A stretch of DNA of 64,000 bases from Amoebophrya sp. A120 (lineage: Eukaryota; Protista; Dinoflagellata), in NCBI GenBank assembly GCA_905178155.1, contig CAJINV010000013.1:1044344-1108343 (forward strand), read 5' to 3'. The notes beneath the pieces were generated by a model. It did not search any database. It was not told the DNA's origin and saw only the letters and a list, made by a program, of their open reading frames with translations. The position numbers were made by a program, and so were the translations under genes. Each line of letters begins with the position of its first letter. Position 1 is the first letter of the stretch. Positions 61,101 through 64,000 of this stretch are shown here, piece after piece.

Positions 61101-64000
61101 TTCTGCATCCGAAAGCAGGGAGGCAAGCAGCTCGCCGACGGAAATCGCGGGCTGGTGTTCTACTTTTAGTTCTTGTCCTGAGCCTGACGCTGTGTGATCA
61201 GCAGTCTTGCCTTGTTCGGAATCTTCTTCATCCAGGCGGTCCTCACTGGATGAAGCGGAATGATGTTTATCTTTCTCCTGCTCGCGTCGAAAAGCGTCAC
61301 AAACGCAGTCTTCGTAAACCAATCGAGACCCGACTCCAAACTCCTCGCACGTTCTCCTCATGTAGGCATGGAGGAAGGACGCACTGGTGTTCGCAGAACC
61401 AGAAGCCCCCGACGACGTGTGGTCGAGAGCAGCAGTTCCGTGGTCGGGTATCTCAAACTCCAGAATGTGTAGCTCGAGGACCTGTTTCAGTTGTTTCAGC
61501 AGCGAGAGCTCTTCTTCTTCGACGTCCACTACTACTCGTGTTTTATTCCCTCTTGCGCCTTCAACACCCTTGCTGTTACGTCGACCATTGATGTTCGCGC
61601 CAGCGGTGCTGGTCCTAGTGCTTATTTCTTCTATCACGCTCTGCAGCCAGCCCCTGAGCTGCCAGGCGTACAGCTGCGCCCGGCAAAGACTCACCACCCG
61701 CAGCATCTTCAAGCGGATGATTTGCACCGCGACGGCCAACGGACGGGACAAGACCAGTAAAATGGGGAAGCCCATACGCTCCAGCCAGATCCAGTAGATC
61801 AAAAATTTCGACGGTAACTCGTTGCTCTTCGATTGGCGCGCGCGCTCCACGAGCCTCAAATACCGCTCGTGGCGATGCTCGTTTGTTTTTGGCGGTAAAA
61901 CCGCAGGCGGGTCAGTGTAACCTTCTTGTCCTTCCGGTTCAGGTAGATGATCCTCGTTGCGTTCATTCAGTATTGCGGCCAGCACATCTTCCTCCGGACC
62001 ATGATCCACCTCGACATCCACATCGTGTGGATGTGGACCAGTAGTACTCTTCCCGGTTCTCGAGTCGTCGCTTGAAACATCAATATGAGCGTCACGCTTT
62101 TTATTTCCATCGAGGAAAAATCGCACAACAATTCTGACGAAGTCAAACGCTGTGAAGTCAGCGTTTCTGGATACCACCCACTGTCGTATCTGCTCCTTCA
62201 CCGTGCGCGGCATGAAACGCATTCTTTCCGCCGCCAGAAAGTCCCCAGGGACGGACTCCTCCTTCGTCTGTATCACCTGCTGTTTCAGCTGCTCTTGCTG
62301 CAGGGTTCGGGTGATCTCTTTGTCGATATTTGCACGTTCTTCCTCTTCGTCAACATGACGTTCTTCAACAAGCCCCTTGTGCGGTTGCGCTCCCTCGTTC
62401 CGCTGGGCCTGGTGCTGCCCGTCTTCATCTCCTTCCTGCTCGTCGTATATTACTGCAGAACTGGCGCTCTCCACCGGCAGCGCAACAGCAGCACCAGAAG
62501 GAAAAACCCTATGCCTCAGCTCCTCTCTTGCCCGAAAATGCCGAATCACCTCCCAATTCCACACCTCGTCACGCTCCAGCAGCCAACTGCATTGAAATGG
62601 GTTATACGGTGCTGCAGGAGGAGGTGGAGGACCAGCTGTTGACCCGACTACTTTTTGTTCATCCGGCCGATGTCGCGGTGCCGCACTGGAAGCATCTGTT
62701 TTTGACTTTTCACCGCTTTCAGCACCCTTGTCAGAATTTCCTCCCGCGTCCGCGCGGTCTGCTACGAGGTCTTCGGGAATACCTCTCGGAGCTCCTGCTG
62801 CTGCAAAAGGTTTTCTCATACGCTTGCACTCCGCATACCCCGCGCCGTCGTCCGCCTCAAAGCTGTGCTGACAGTGGTACACGGTGCGCTCCGCCATCTG
62901 GCGTTCAATCCACGGCACGTAATCCGGCGTCAAAGGCGGTCCTTTATTCCGATACACTGGGTTCTCCGAATGCAGCTCATTTTCTTCGTCTTCTTGCTGC
63001 CCAGTTGCTTCACGTCTTCTATCTGCGCTACTTCTTGTCTCACTAACCAACAACCGCATGTCCTCCGTACTGTGGTAGAAAGGAGTGCGTTTCAGAGGGC
63101 CTTGCAACGAATCGAAGTCTTCCAGCAAACACGTTTGTTCCTGTAGCTGGTTCACCTCGAGAGACACCACCAGGTTCCAGAGAAAGGAAAGCGCAGGATT
63201 AGCCGTTCTAGAAGTATTCTGCGTAGAGACTGTTGCAAAAGATGGCCTGAGGCGAAGATCGGATGATCTGGAGTTCTCAAGTCGCGAACTGTAGATGATC
63301 TCGCTTTGTCCTTCCGCTTGCTCCTCACGAGTAGTCTGCTCGGTTCGTTCCTGATCCTCGTCGTTTCTATCGTTTATTCCATCTAGCTGCCTAACAGTGT
63401 CTTTACTGCCAGCAACCGCGTCGTGTCTGTTTTGCTCGTTCTCCTCCTCGCGTCTTCGCAATAGATACGTCTCACCATCTTCTCGGGCCTCCGGCCCGTC
63501 ATAATCGAGCACGGACTTCCCGTCGAACCACCACTGAAAATCATGATACGGTGAGCTGACTGTTTCATCGGCGTGGTCCGAGGGGTTGTTCTCAGGATCA
63601 TTTGCCGAGATGAATCCCCGGTCCCGCAGCCAGGGCATCAGGCTCGAGAGCCGCACTGCTCGCTTCCCGTAGTCCAACAAACTTTTGAGATGAAACAAGC
63701 CGCCCAGCTGCTTCCGGAAGACGACCCGGGCGTGATCGCCGTGGGGCAGCGAGATCGGAACGTGCTTCCTTTGCTCGTACTCCGGCGGCCACAGGGAGGA
63801 CGCATCATCGTCCCACGTGCTGCTGGGCTCGACCTCGAAAAACAGCCGGCCAAGCACGGGATGGGAACGGGAGGACAGAGTACTATTTTCATCATCATCA
63901 TCAGTTTTTGCGGCCGTGGTACTGGTCGTGTAGGAGTCGATACTGTCGGTGCTCGTGCTGCGTGGCCGTTCTAGTGTTTCTTCTTCAGGAGGTTCTGGTT
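58115..64000 (-). CDS. Large protein (5'-truncated by the window) with a dispersed DUF3431-like domain
   Basis: Frame is open from 64000 to 59113 and joins 58847-58115 after TIR removal. HLAKYYDELPDVTFMAH, FLLSKAAVLSKARSWY and IFEHLWSVLF match remembered DUF3431 motifs. Confidence 0.8.
58853..59112. mobile_element. TIR intron element, family A (opposite orientation to 53570 and 54217)
   Basis: Family A TIRs. Perfect GCACT TSD. Removal gives FSGSAGFEQQ. Confidence 0.95.

Noticed and set aside
1-64000. Plus-strand ORFs in the track, tRNA/rRNA genes and spliced-leader relics
   Set aside because: Plus-strand ORFs are mostly antisense shadows of GC-rich genes or lie in repeats. No tRNA, rRNA or dinoflagellate SL match was seen by eye.

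Overview
Eukaryotic, gene-dense 64 kb window in which every credible gene is on the minus strand. The architecture resembles the syndinian dinoflagellate parasite Amoebophrya (inference from gene organisation and intron type, not from a search). The main signal is 18 short terminal-inverted-repeat (TIR) elements with TAT...ATA-type ends, from several sequence families, mostly sitting inside coding sequence. In 17 of them, removing the element plus exactly 5 nt rejoins the flanking reading frames, including three cases where the 5-bp duplication has decayed. Applying this rule rebuilds a ~1,119-aa cis-prenyltransferase, a ~4,127-aa low-complexity protein, a ~1,974-aa protein, a multi-TM protein and a DUF3431-like protein. 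The window also holds a full-length 7.5-kb APE-RT-RNase H LINE with a 16-bp target-site duplication (TSD), and a 1.57-kb ORF-less element with split direct repeats and a shared ATTTT core, as in tyrosine-recombinase retrotransposons. A LanC-like gene and two notable palindromes are also present. All splice models are read by eye from DNA and need RNA evidence.
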